Part shown: piece after piece, positions 1 through 11,404 of the stretch
How positions within the stretch are numbered: the first letter of the stretch is position 1
Layout: every line of letters begins with the position of its first letter
Assembly (NCBI GenBank): GCA_963845755.1
Contig: CAWJTV010000024.1
Span: 96,001-160,000, forward strand
Length of the DNA: 64,000 nucleotides
Source: an uncultured Planctomycetota bacterium
GTDB taxonomy: Bacteria > Planctomycetota > Planctomycetia > Isosphaerales > Isosphaeraceae
Direction of reading: 5' to 3'
The notes under the pieces: generated by a model
The model's input: only the letters and a program-made list of their open reading frames with translations
Told to the model about the DNA's origin: nothing
The model's database searches: none
Translations under genes and position numbers: made by a program

Positions 1-806
1 TGTCTGCGTCCAGTGGCCGGAGGTGCTGCGGACCGTCGATCTCTACGTGAAGAAGGGAGTCTTTACTTCCGGCGACGATTACCTCCGCGAATTCGCCGGC
101 AAGAGCAACCTGACCGACTACGTGGCGCGGGAGCTCGGCACCCCGGCGCCGACGGATATCCCGAGATCGGGGGTGCTCCAGCCCTCGGACCTCACCAAGA
201 TCCACCTGGGATGGAGCACCGCGCTGGATGACAAGCACGCCGATTTGTTCCGGGAAGTCAAGCCGCCGCCGGCGGCGAAGAAGGACGTCGACATCCTCTG
301 CCGTGCCTCCCTCCCGAAAGACTGGAGCTCCCCGTTACGCGGCGCGGTCGCCCCGAGGCTGGAACCGCTGCGCGACCGCCGTCGCATCATCCTGTCGATA
401 CCCACCAACCGCGTCCCTCGACGAGAATACTACGACGAATTGCTCCGATAGCCGGATCTGCATCAGCCCGTTCGGTTACGGCGAGGTCTGCGGCCGCGAT
501 ATCGAGGCGACCCTCTGTGGCTGCCTCCTGCTCAAGCCCGACATGGGCCACCTCCGCTCCCATCCGGACATCTTCGTACCCGGCGTGACCTACGTCCCCG
601 TGCGGTGGGATTATGCCGACCTGGCCGAGACTTGCGAGTATTATCTGGACCGGGAAGAGGAGCGAGCCCAGATCGCTGCCAACGCCTACCGGGTATTGGC
701 CAATGCCTACGGTTCCGATGCATTCGTCGCGATGTTTGCCGGCGTGCTCGAGCGGCTCGGGCTCCAATCTGCCGGGCTAGCACACCGAGCCGCCCCTTCG
801 GGATAA
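1..806 (+). CDS. Glycosyltransferase (GT-B/CgeB-like), 5'-truncated by the window edge, frameshifted near 450
   Basis: ORF 23..451 ends ..YYDELLR and continues in another frame as SRICISPFGYGEVCGRDIEATLCGCLLLKPDMGHL..YVPVRWD, a typical GT-B C-terminal motif. Confidence 0.7.
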
Positions 807-1017
807 TCCTCGCGATGAATCGTGCGGTTCACTCATCCTGGCCGCGCCGATCGGCTCGGCTCGCATCACCCGTTGCTCCCGCTTCCGTAGGCGAGACCCG
901 CGACCATGCCGAGCCCCGTCCGGTTCTCGATCGAAGCCAGGCGAGGTCGTAGCACCCCGCGTCTTGTCACCCCTCCGCGGCGATCCCCACACCATCGATC
1001 AAAGGCGACCTGTTGAC

Positions 1018-1941
1018 ATGATTCAAAGTCAAACCGACGATCTGCCGATCATACGGCCGCGGTCCTCCCCCCCTTCGCCGGCGTCCGCGGCCGACCACTC
1101 GCCCGAGGACGAACCGGCCGATACGTTCGAGACGGTGATCCGTCCCCACAAGGGGTGGATCGCCATCGACTGGAAGGAACTGCTCTCTTATCGGGAACTG
1201 CTCTGGTTTCTGCTCTGGCGCGACGTCGTGGTGCGGTACAAGCAGACGATCCTGGGCGGCGCCTGGGCCGTCCTTCAGCCCTTGATGACGATGCTGATCT
1301 TCACCTTCGTCTTCAGCCGTATCGCCAAGCTTCCCTCCGAGGGCTTTCCATACCCGGTGTTCGTCTTCGCGGGCCTGATCCCCTGGACGCTGTTCTCGCA
1401 AGGGATGCCCCAGGCGGCGACGAGTCTCGTGAGCCAACAGCAACTGCTGACCAAGGTCTACTTCCCCCGCCTCTTCGTGCCGACCGCGGCGGCGACCGTC
1501 TACTTGGTCAACCTGGCCATTTCGCTGGTCCTTTATGGGTTCATCCTGCTCTACTATCACGTCGTGCCGGCCTGGACGGCGGTCTTCCTCCCGGTGTTGA
1601 TCTTTCTGACGCTGATCAGCACGCTGAGCCTGGGCTACCTGTTCTCGGCCCTCATGGTATTCTACCGCGACGTCCGCCACGCGATCCCGTTCCTGACGCA
1701 GATGTTCCTGTACGTCTCCTTCGTGATCTACCCCGGGAGCGAGATCAAGAATGATTTATATAGGCATATTCTCTCAATAAATCCGATGTTCGGCCTCATC
1801 ATGGGTTATCGTTCGGCCATCCTGGGGATCCCCTGGGACCGCACCTGCCTGGCGATCTCCACGGCGAGCGCGATGCTGTCGTTCGTCCTCGGCCTCTTCT
1901 ATTTCCGACGCACCGAGCGCCGCTTTGCCGACTTCATCTGA
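1018..1941 (+). CDS. wzm: ABC-2 polysaccharide export permease
   Basis: YRELLWFL.WRD..VRYKQT.LG..WA..QP and LLTKVYFPR motifs, hydrophobic segments, NPM near the C-terminus. Confidence 0.92.
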   Translation: MIQSQTDDLPIIRPRSSPPSPASAADHSPEDEPADTFETVIRPHKGWIAIDWKELLSYRELLWFLLWRDVVVRYKQTILGGAWAVLQPLMTMLIFTFVFSRIAKLPSEGFPYPVFVFAGLIPWTLFSQGMPQAATSLVSQQQLLTKVYFPRLFVPTAAATVYLVNLAISLVLYGFILLYYHVVPAWTAVFLPVLIFLTLISTLSLGYLFSALMVFYRDVRHAIPFLTQMFLYVSFVIYPGSEIKNDLYRHILSINPMFGLIMGYRSAILGIPWDRTCLAISTASAMLSFVLGLFYFRRTERRFADFI

Positions 1942-2018
1942 TGCGTCACGACAGCGGCCGGCTCCCTCCGGCCGCCAGCATCGGGGCTTTCACAGGATCG
2001 AGGATTGGACCATCAACC

Positions 2019-3337
2019 ATGAGCCGACCCATCATCGTCACCGAGAACATCGGCAAGTGTTACAATCTCGGCAAATTACAGCAGTCTTCCATGATGAAAT
2101 CCTACGCTGCCGGGAACTTCACGCTGCGTGAAGCCGTCAGCCGGACGGTGGACGCCGGGTTGCGTCGCCTCAAGGGGGATCGGCGGGAGTCGAACGATCG
2201 AGATAGCGTCTTCTGGGCGCTGCGGGACATCTCCTTCGAAGTCCAGCGGGGCGAGGTGGTCGGGCTGATCGGACGCAACGGCGCGGGCAAATCGACGCTG
2301 CTGAAGATCTTCAGCCGGATCGTCGAGCCGACCGAGGGGTTCGCACGGCTGCGCGGGCGGGTGGCCTCGCTACTGGAAGTGGGCACCGGATTTCATCCCG
2401 AGCTCTCGGGACGCGAGAACATCTACCTCAACGGGGCGATCCTGGGGATGAAGCGGGCCGAGATCGACCGCAAGTTCGATGAGATCGTCGCCTTCGCCGA
2501 ATTCGAGCAATTCCTGGATACGCCGGTGAAGCGCTATTCCTCGGGCATGTGCGTGCGGCTGGCGTTCGCCGTGGCCGCCCACCTCGAGCCCGAGATCCTG
2601 ATCGTCAACGAAGTCCTGGCGGTGGGCGATCACGCGTTCCAGAAGCGATGCCTGGGCAAGATGCACGACGTGGCCTCGGGCGAGGGACGAACCGTCCTGT
2701 TCGTCAGCCACAACATGGGAGTCCTCTCCCAGCTCTGTCAACGGGGGATCTACCTGGAACACGGACAGATCAAGACCGTCGGCCCCATCAAGGATGTGAT
2801 CGAGACCTATCTCCGATCGAGCCTGGATCAGAACTCCGCGCAGCCCAGTTCCCCACCGATCCGGCCAAGGCCGCCCAGTTCGTCTCGGCGGAGATCGTCC
2901 GGAGCGATCGCAGCCTGGGATCGGACTTCAGTTGCGACGAGCCGGTGATCATCCGGCTGCAATACGAGGTGCGCAAGCCGGTCCCCGGCACGTTCCTGAC
3001 CCTCTACCTCCAGAACCTCGAAGGGATCCGCGTCCTGTTTTCCGACATCTGTGACACCAACCCGTCAGCCACCGAGAATCTGGCCACACGACGGCATACC
3101 TTCGAGATCCAAATCCCCCCGAGACTGCTGTCGCCGACGACCTATTTGCTGTCGATCAGCAGCGCCAGCAAGTACATCGGGCCCATCGACCACCAACACG
3201 CCTGCTGCGAGTTCACGCTCCGCGATTTCGCGGTGCCCGAAAAGATCCGGCCCGAGAACCGCCCCGGCGTGCTGGGAATTCGGCTCCCGTGGGAACATCT
3301 GCCGGACCGGGCGGAAACGGTCTCGGCCGCGCCCTGA
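2019..3337 (+). CDS. wzt: Polysaccharide ABC exporter ATPase with Wzt C-terminal domain (frameshift ~2840)
   Basis: Walker [15 protein letters not shown] signature, LFVSH; Walker B reads ILIVNE; C-terminal domain lies in the frame of ORF 2549..3337. Confidence 0.9.
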
Positions 3338-3404
3338 TTCGCGCCGCGGATGTCCCCGAATTCCTGGCGAGACCCCCGAGAACCGACCCGAGGACACCAG
3401 CCGG

Positions 3405-5414
3405 ATGGAAAGCAGTCCCACCCTCATATGCCTCATCATGCTGCTCGGCCTGGCCCCCCTGACCGTGATGTTCTTCATGGTCCTGCCGTCCCGGCGCGCG
3501 ATGGTGCTCGGGGCGATTGTTGCGTCGGTGCTCCTGCCGCCCATCGCCATCGATTTCCCCGGCCTGCCGCCCTACGACAAGTTCATGGCCGCGTCCATCG
3601 GCATCCTGTTCGGCACGCTGATCTTCGACATGGGTCGAATCGTGTCCTTCCGACCCCGCTGGTTCGACCTTCCGATCCTTTTGTTCTGCCTGAGCCCCTA
3701 TGCCTCCTCGATTTCTAACAACCTGGGACCATACGATGGCCTGTCTGCCTCGTTCCGCCAGACGGTCCAATGGCTGCTCCCCTACCTGATCGGGAGACTG
3801 TATCTCACCGACGCCGAGAGCTTCCGGGAGCTCGCAACCGGCATGATCATCAGCGCGGTCTGCTTGCTGCCCTTCTGCTTCCTCGAGATGAGGATCGGCG
3901 CCCAATTGCAGCAGCGAATCTACGGCACTGGCGGATGGGAGGGTATGAGGGACGGCGGCTATCGCCCCCGGCTCTTCTTCCAATCCGGGCTCGCGCTCGG
4001 GCTCTGGATGAGCACGACAACGCTGTTGGCCTGGTGGTTCTGGCGAGTGGGCCGGTTCCGAGCGTTGTGGGGATTGCCGGCCGGCAGCGTGATTCTGCCC
4101 GCCCTGGCGATCACCTCGCTCCTGTGTAGAGCCCGAGGCGCGACACTCCTGGGCCTCACTGGCTGTTTCGCGCTCTGGTCCTGCCCGCGGTTCAAGTCCA
4201 AATGGATAATGTGGGGCCTGCTGGCCATCGCACCGACCTATTGCTTCCTTCGCATCACAAACCTCTGGACGGGCGAGAACGTCGTCAACCTGCTCGAGGC
4301 GTATGTCAGCAAGGAACGATCCATTTCGGTCGATGCGCGTCTACGACAAGAAGACGTGCTCATCGTGAGAGCCCTGAAGCAACCGATCTTCGGCTGGGGC
4401 GGCTATAATCGGGCCCGCATCCTCGAGGATGAAATCACGGATGCCAGGGTCGCGGTCGGCGTCCAGGATCGCATCAGATACCTGCAGAATGTCAACTCAC
4501 TCTGGAGCATCGTTCTCGGAGAGCAAGGATTCGTCGGCCTGATGACAATGACGATCGCGATGACCCTGCCGGTGATCCTGTTCCTGGTGCGCTTTCCCGT
4601 GGGACAGTGGGGCCACCCCGCCCTGGCCCCCGTCACCGTGATGGCCGTGATCCTGTCTCTCTTCCTGCTCGATAGCCTGGCCAACGCGATGCTCAACCCG
4701 ATCTATCTCATGATCGCGGGCGGGCTGCTCAACATCAACCCGGCCCGCGTCAGGCTGGAGGCATCAGCTCGTGTCGCCGGGTCGCGCACGGCGAGCGGTG
4801 GCCGGGACGAGGCAACCGTCGCGGTCGCCACCGGGTCCCTGGTTCCCGGCAACGACCTGGCGGCTCGCTATCAGTCCCTGGGACGCGCCGCGAAGGATCG
4901 CGGTGAACTCTGCGAGGCGGAGGCTGCCTGGCAGCATGCGCCTCGACCTCCTGGCCAGGTCGCTGGCGATCCATCGCGAGCATCCGGCGCTCCGCCGGCG
5001 TTGGTGCGACTGCGCCAATGACCTGGCCTGGCTGTTGGCCTGCGCGGCGGATCCGGCCGTCCGCGACCCTGCCGGCGCCGTAGCACTGGCCGCCAGGACG
5101 GTCGAGAGGATCCCGAGTGCAGCACCTACTGGAATACCCTGGGGGTGGCCCACTATCGTGCCGGCAATCTCCGGGCCGCGATCGCCGGCCTCGACCAGGC
5201 CACCGCCCTGGGTAACGGGGGCACCGCCTTCGACCATGTCTTCCTGGCCATGGCCCATGCGCGGTTGGGCAACCCGGACGACGCTCGACGGTGGTTCAAC
5301 CTGACGCTGATCGAGATGGAACAGGATCCACCGGGTCATGCGGAATTATGCCGTCTCTGCGAGGAAGCCAGTACCCTCCTGTCCGCAGCCTCCACCGCAA
5401 TCGCCGCTCCTTGA
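3405..5414 (+). CDS. O-antigen ligase/polymerase-like membrane protein with C-terminal TPR extension (frameshifts ~4940 and ~5120)
   Basis: Multiple TM segments with YRP.LFF, P.FGWGG and SLW...LGEQG motifs; downstream frames give NDLAWLLA..WNTLGVAHYRAG..FLAMAHARLG (TPR). Confidence 0.75.
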
Positions 5415-5525
5415 CGTCCCGATACCGGCACCCGGCCTGCGCCGAAAACCGTTCTATGGTTCTCGAAAACCTCGTCGAGACGCGATCGCCAGCCGACGTG
5501 ACGGAGGCGCCGCGAGGAAGGTCCC

Positions 5526-6563
5526 ATGAAACTATTGATCGCGATCAGCTCGTATCGCGTGACCGGCCTCACGATCGACTGCCTGCGATCGCTGAGCCAA
5601 GAGATCCACCGAGTCCCCGGCACGAGAGTCGGGGTGTGCGAGAACGGGACGGGTGGCGACGCCGCCGAGCGGCTGCGTCGGGCCATCGACGAGAATGGGT
5701 GGAGCTCGTGGGTCGAGCTGATCGAGGTCCATCCGAATCGGGGGTTCACGGGGGGGACCAATGCGGTGATCCGCCCGGCGCTGGAGTCGGATGACCCGCC
5801 CGAGTACGTGCTGCTCCTGAACGCCGACACGATCGTTCTGGAGCACGCGCTGGATACCCTGGTCGCGTTCATGGACGATCATCCCAAAGCCGGAATGGCC
5901 GCGAGCACTTTCCTGTCACTGGCAGGAAAAGTCCAGCCGACGGTGTTCCGCTTTCCCGGGATCCTGAACGAGCTGGACCGAGGGCTGCGGTCGCAGATCG
6001 TCTCGAAGTTGCTGTCACCCTGGGCGGCCGTACCGCCGCCGCCGAAGCAGACCTGCAAGGCGGACTGGCTCTGCGGGGCCGGCGTGATCCTCCGCCGGAC
6101 CATGCTGGAGCAAATCGGTCTGCTGGATGAGGGCCTCTACACCTATTTCGACGACGTGGACATGGGCCTGCGAGCGAGGCGGTCGGGCTGGGAAGCCTGG
6201 TACGTCCCCGAAAGCCGGATCATCCATCTCGAAGGGGAATCGACCGGGGTCGCCTCGCATCAGAAGAAGCCGAAACGTCTTCCGGCTTACTGGTATCAAG
6301 CACGACTGCGGTTATTCCTGAAGCATTACGGGGCCTTGTACACGGCACTGGCGGACTCCGCGTTCATCTTCGGATATGCCCTCTGGCGACTGCGGCGGCG
6401 GCTCCAGCGCAAGCCGGACGTCGACCCGCCACAGATGCTGATCGACTCGATCCGCCACAGCGTCTTCTGCGCGGGGTTCAAGGTTCGTGTGGTCGAGAAT
6501 CCCGCGCTCATGCCGAACGCGGAAAAACGGAACACGGAAAACTGGAGCCCAGCAACGAAATGA
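5526..6563 (+). CDS. Glycosyltransferase family 2
   Basis: NRGFTGGTN, LLLNAD, GLLDEG.YTYFDDVD, IIHLEG motifs. Confidence 0.92.
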   Translation: MKLLIAISSYRVTGLTIDCLRSLSQEIHRVPGTRVGVCENGTGGDAAERLRRAIDENGWSSWVELIEVHPNRGFTGGTNAVIRPALESDDPPEYVLLLNADTIVLEHALDTLVAFMDDHPKAGMAASTFLSLAGKVQPTVFRFPGILNELDRGLRSQIVSKLLSPWAAVPPPPKQTCKADWLCGAGVILRRTMLEQIGLLDEGLYTYFDDVDMGLRARRSGWEAWYVPESRIIHLEGESTGVASHQKKPKRLPAYWYQARLRLFLKHYGALYTALADSAFIFGYALWRLRRRLQRKPDVDPPQMLIDSIRHSVFCAGFKVRVVENPALMPNAEKRNTENWSPATK

Positions 6564-7559
6564 AGATTTTCGCCACCGGCCATCGCGGTTATATCGGGGC
6601 CCATCTGGTCGATGTGCTCAAACAGGAGGGTCATACCGTCATCGGCTGCGACGTCGGTCTTTTCGAGGGGTGCCAATGGGAACCCCTGGTCGATCCCGAC
6701 CGCGAGCTGGTCAAGGATGTCCGCAAGATCGAGGCCCGGGACCTCGACGGCTGCGACTGCGTCATGCACCTGGCGGCGATCTCCAATGACCCGATGGGCG
6801 AGCTCAATGCCCAGCTCACCTTCGATATCAATCGGGACGCCTCGATCCGCCTGGCGGAGACCGCTAAGCGAGCCGGCGTGCCGCGGTTCCTCTTCTCCGG
6901 GAGCTGCTCGATCTACGGCCAGGGGGAGAAGCTCGACCTGGCCGAGACCGACCCGCTCAACCCGCTGACCGCCTATGCCCGGTCGAAGATCGAGACCGAG
7001 CAGGCCGTCTCGAGGCTGGCCGATGCATCCTTCAGTCCGGTCTATCTCCGCAACGCCACGGCCTACGGTCATTCGCCGATGCTGCGGATCGACCTGGTGG
7101 TCAACAACCTGCTGGCCTCGGCGATGGCCTACGGCGAGATCCGCATCCAATCCGACGGCACGCCTTGGCGGCCCTTGATCCATTGCCGCGACATCGCGCC
7201 GCGCCTTCGCGGCCTTCGCCGCAGCACCCCAGGAGGTCGTCCACAACCAGGCCCTCAACGTCGGCGGCAACCCGGAGAATTACCAGGTCCGCGATGTCGG
7301 CGACCAGGTCCAGCGGCTGATCCCCACGGCGCGGGTCGTCTACACCGGTGAGGTCGGCGCCGACCCGCGGAACTACCGCGTCAACTTCGACCGGCTCAGT
7401 CGGCTCCTGCCCAATTTCCGGCTCCAGTACAACCTCGTCAGCGGCATGGAGGAGCTCCACCGCAAGATGGTCGAGCACGGCTTCGCCCAGAAGGACTTCG
7501 AGGGTGAGCAGTTCGTCCGCCTCCGCACGCTCAAGCACCGCTTCCACCTGCTCAGTTGA
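6560..7559 (+). CDS. NAD-dependent epimerase/dehydratase (frameshift ~7200)
   Basis: TGHRGYIG, HLAAISNDP, YARSK; continues in another frame to ..FVRLRTLKHRFHLLS*; overlaps the upstream GT2 gene by 4 nt. Confidence 0.88.
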
Positions 7560-7578
7560 CCCGAGGACCCGAGAACCG

Positions 7579-8127
7579 ATGATCTTCACCGAGACACCCC
7601 TCAAAGGTGCGTTCCTGATCGACCTGGAGAAGCGCGGCGACGAGCGCGGCTTCTTCGCCCGGGCCTTCTGCGTGCGCGAGTTCGCCGACCATGGGCTGAC
7701 AACCCAGATCGTCCAGGCGAACAACTCGCTCAGCGCCACGAAGGGGACCTTGCGCGGCATGCACTACCAGCTCGCCCCCAAGGCCGAGACCAAGGTTGTC
7801 CGCTGCTTCCGCGGGGCCCTGCACGACATCATCCTCGATCTGCGTCCGGACTCGCCGACCTTCGGCCAGACATTCGGCGCGGACCTGACGGCCGATAACC
7901 GCCGCATGATGTACGTCCCCAAGGGATTCGGGCACGGTTTCATGACCCTGGCCGACGACACCGAGGCCCTCTACCTGGTCGACGAGTTCTACGAACCGCA
8001 ATACGAGCGCGGCGTCCGCTGGAACGACCCACGATTCGCGATCCCGTGGCCGGCCCAACCGGTCGTGATGTCCGAGAAGGACCGCAACTACCCCGACTTC
8101 GATCCGGCCTGGCACCTGACGGCTTGA
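7579..8127 (+). CDS. rfbC: dTDP-4-dehydrorhamnose 3,5-epimerase
   Basis: DERGFF, GTLRGMHYQ, DLRPDSPTFG, VPKGFGHGF, WNDP motifs. Confidence 0.93.
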   Translation: MIFTETPLKGAFLIDLEKRGDERGFFARAFCVREFADHGLTTQIVQANNSLSATKGTLRGMHYQLAPKAETKVVRCFRGALHDIILDLRPDSPTFGQTFGADLTADNRRMMYVPKGFGHGFMTLADDTEALYLVDEFYEPQYERGVRWNDPRFAIPWPAQPVVMSEKDRNYPDFDPAWHLTA

Positions 8128-8249
8128 GCTCATCCGTCCCGGTCCCGGGGGCCCCGAGTCCTTCGTCCTCGGTCGGACACGACGGCGCTCTCGCCGTTGA
8201 GAACGAGACTTCGGGCGGGTGGAACCGATATAAGCAAAAGGATAATCTG

Positions 8250-9380
8250 ATGACAATAAATCAGATCGGATCGGCGGTTGCTCCGTCTCCTGAAGCGAGA
8301 TCGAACGGGATCAACCTGCCCGGCGCCTTGATCATCGGAGCCGCCAAGTCAGGGACGACAACCCTGTTCGACTATTTGCGCCGCCACCCGCAGATCTACC
8401 CGAGCCCGATCAAGGAACCGTCGTTCTTTTCTTTCCCGACCGGCGGGCCGCGGCCCCAGCCCTGGCTCGGAATGTGCGGATTCCACCACCATCGCCGACG
8501 CCGAGAGCTCTATCAAGTCCTGGCACGGTGCGGGTTCTTTCGCAAGACCGGGCCCCGGAAGCTCGATCCCTTCGCCCTGCCCGCGGATGCGATCCCGGCC
8601 GACTTGACCTGGGACGCGGCCCTGCCCTATTACCGGGCGCTTTTCGCGAACGCCCGACCCGACCAGATCTGTATGGAGTCATCCACCGACTACACGCGCT
8701 GGCCGCAGGTTCCCGAGGTCCCCTCCCGGATCGCCTCGATGTTGCCCGACGTCAAACTCATCTACCTGATGCGCCATCCCGTCGACCGCGCTTACTCCCA
8801 CTTTGTCCACAACGTGCTGAGCTCATCGCCCGACTGGAAATGGAGAGGCAAGACTCTTCGCAAGCCGTCGGACTTGACCTTCGAGACCTACATCGAAGAT
8901 GAGGAGTCGTGCCTCGATAGCAGTGATTACATGATGCAAATCGAGCAGTTTCTGGGTCACTTTCCCAGGGAGCAGCTCCTGTTCCTGTTTCTCGACGACC
9001 TGGAGAAGGCCCCTCGATCGGTCTTGCAAAAGGTGTTCGAATTCCTGGAGATCGAAGACCGTTCCGACGCGATGATGGAGGCTCCGATTCGATCCAATGT
9101 GGCGGCGACCCGGGAAGAGGGGGTCCTGAGGCAATGGGTCACCAGAATGTTCCATCAGAACCGAATGATGCGGACGGTGATTCGCATGGTACCCCGGCGA
9201 TTGTGGACCCACGTGGAGACTCTCATGGTTCATTCGCCGCATGGCCGGCGGATACGTGCAGGGTGCCGCATGCAGCCGATGCGGACGGAGACGCGGCAGA
9301 CCTTGATCGAGCGGTTCCGGGAGCCGAACCGGCGGCTGAGCGAATTCCTCGGCGTCAACCTGAGTCACTGGAACCGCTAA
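8250..9380 (+). CDS. PAPS-dependent sulfotransferase
   Basis: 5'-PSB IGAAKSGTT, HPQI..KEP.FF, 3'-PB MRHPVDRAYS. Confidence 0.9.
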   Translation: MTINQIGSAVAPSPEARSNGINLPGALIIGAAKSGTTTLFDYLRRHPQIYPSPIKEPSFFSFPTGGPRPQPWLGMCGFHHHRRRRELYQVLARCGFFRKTGPRKLDPFALPADAIPADLTWDAALPYYRALFANARPDQICMESSTDYTRWPQVPEVPSRIASMLPDVKLIYLMRHPVDRAYSHFVHNVLSSSPDWKWRGKTLRKPSDLTFETYIEDEESCLDSSDYMMQIEQFLGHFPREQLLFLFLDDLEKAPRSVLQKVFEFLEIEDRSDAMMEAPIRSNVAATREEGVLRQWVTRMFHQNRMMRTVIRMVPRRLWTHVETLMVHSPHGRRIRAGCRMQPMRTETRQTLIERFREPNRRLSEFLGVNLSHWNR

Positions 9381-9442
9381 CTCTTGGAGGCGCGGCCCGT
9401 CCCCATGGCGGATGCCGGGGATCTCCGCCGCGACGGAATCCG

Positions 9443-10393
9443 ATGAAGATCCTCTTTACGGGGGGGAGCTCGTTCACGGGGTACTGGTTCATCCGCGAGC
9501 TGGCGGCCGCCGGCCACGACGTCACGGCGGTCTTCCGTCGCCGCTCCGAGGATTATTCGGACGAAATCCGGCGGCGGCGCGTCGCCCTGGCCGCCGAAGT
9601 CTGCCGGCCGGTCCACGGCTACTCGCTCGGCGACGAGCGATTCCTCGAGCTGATCGGCGAGGGGGGCTGGGACCTGCTCAGCCATCACGGCGCCGATGTC
9701 ACCAACTACAAGAGCGCCGACTTCGACACCGTCGCCGCGCTTTCGAACAACACTCACAACCTGCCGGCGGTGCTCAAGGCCCTCGGGGCCGCGGGTTGCC
9801 GACGCGTGCTCCTGACCGGCAGCGTCTTCGAGGGAGGCGAGGGCGCCGGCTCTCAGGGCCTGCCCGACTTCTCCCCCTACGGCCTGTCCAAGGCCCTCAC
9901 GGCGCAGATGTTTCGTTTCTACTGCGCACGCGCCGGCCTCGGCCTGGGCAAGTTCGTCATCCCGAACCCGTTCGGCCCTTACGAGGAGCCGCGGTACACG
10001 TCCTATCTGATCAAGAACTGGCTGGCCGGCGGCACAGCCGCCTGCTCCAACCCGTCCTATGTTCGAGATAATATTCACGTGTCCTTGCTGGCGAAGGTCT
10101 ATGCCCGGTTCGCCGGCGAGTTCCCGGCCCAGGGCTTCACCCGGATCAATCCCAGCGGATACGCCGAGAGCCAGGGGGCATTCACGCTCCGGCTCGCCCA
10201 GGAGATGCGCCCCCGGCTGGGGCTGCCTTGTCCGGTCGAGCTGAAGAAGCAGGTCGACTTCTCCGAGCCGCGGGTCCGAATCAACACCGACCTGCCGGAC
10301 GTCAACGCCCTGGGCTGGGACGAGTCGGCTGCGTGGGACGACATGGCCCGGTATTATGTCTCGATCCTCGGCCCGGGGAACCGATCGCGTTAG
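9443..10393 (+). CDS. NAD-dependent epimerase/dehydratase
   Basis: TGGSSFTG, YGLSK, NPFGPYE, RDNIHV. Confidence 0.85.
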   Translation: MKILFTGGSSFTGYWFIRELAAAGHDVTAVFRRRSEDYSDEIRRRRVALAAEVCRPVHGYSLGDERFLELIGEGGWDLLSHHGADVTNYKSADFDTVAALSNNTHNLPAVLKALGAAGCRRVLLTGSVFEGGEGAGSQGLPDFSPYGLSKALTAQMFRFYCARAGLGLGKFVIPNPFGPYEEPRYTSYLIKNWLAGGTAACSNPSYVRDNIHVSLLAKVYARFAGEFPAQGFTRINPSGYAESQGAFTLRLAQEMRPRLGLPCPVELKKQVDFSEPRVRINTDLPDVNALGWDESAAWDDMARYYVSILGPGNRSR

Positions 10394-10520
10394 GCGAGCC
10401 GTCCGTCCGGGACGACATGGCTTGGCATGATGTTTTGAATCTTTACCCCTGTTCTCTTATCAAGAGGAGGGCGGCAATTCCTCCGTCGCCTGAACGCGAC
10501 GGTCTCCTTGCTGCGTTCTC

Positions 10521-11309
10521 ATGAAAGTCGTGATCTTCTGCGGGGGCCTGGGCGTCCGGATGAGGGAAGTCTCCGAGGAGATCCCCAAGCCGATGCTCCG
10601 CATCGGCGACCGGCCGATCCTCTGGCACATCATGAAGTATTATGCCCACTACGGCTTCCAGGACTTCATCCTCTGCCTGGGCTACCGGGCGAATACCGTC
10701 AAGGAGTTCTTCCTCAACTACGCCGAGCTGCGGGCCAACAACTTCGTCATCTCCCAGGGTGGAAAGGAGATCCACCACCTGCCCAGCGAGATCGACGGCT
10801 GGAACATCACGCTGGTCGATACGGGCCTCCACAGCAACATCGGCCAGCGGCTCAAGAAGATCGAGCCCTTCCTCGAAGGGGAAGAGATGTTCCTGGCCAA
10901 CTACGGCGACAACCTCACCGACGCCCCGATCGATGAGATGGTGCAGGACATGCGCGAGGACTCCACCAAGGTGGCCTCGTTCGTCTGCGTGCCGCCCAGC
11001 TCCAGCTTCCACATCGTCTCGTTCCAGGGAGGCGGGCGGAAGTGTTCGGTCACCGGCATCGCGTCGGCGAAGGAGAGCAACATCTGGATCAACGGGGGTT
11101 ACTTCGTGCTCCGCCACGAGATCTTCGAGCATCTCAAGGGCGGACGGGAACTCGTGCCCGATACCCTCAACGCACTCCGGCAGGAAGACCGGGTGGTCGC
11201 GTGGCGTCACGAGGGCTTCTGGGCGTCGATGGACACCCCCAAGGAGATGTATTACCTCAACGAACTCTATAGCAACGGCCGCGCCAAGTGGGCAAAGTGG
11301 GAATCCTGA
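10521..11309 (+). CDS. rfbF: Glucose-1-phosphate cytidylyltransferase-like
   Basis: GGLG.R...PKPM..IG..PILWHIMK, LVDTG, YGD, WINGG, H.GFWASMDT. Confidence 0.88.
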   Translation: MKVVIFCGGLGVRMREVSEEIPKPMLRIGDRPILWHIMKYYAHYGFQDFILCLGYRANTVKEFFLNYAELRANNFVISQGGKEIHHLPSEIDGWNITLVDTGLHSNIGQRLKKIEPFLEGEEMFLANYGDNLTDAPIDEMVQDMREDSTKVASFVCVPPSSSFHIVSFQGGGRKCSVTGIASAKESNIWINGGYFVLRHEIFEHLKGGRELVPDTLNALRQEDRVVAWRHEGFWASMDTPKEMYYLNELYSNGRAKWAKWES

Positions 11310-11404
11310 ACCGCTCGATCACGAACCGATCCGAGGATTAGCATAATGGCCTGGGATTTGCCAGGACTTCGACCGAGAGACGGAACTGCAAGGAAGGTCC
11401 CGGC

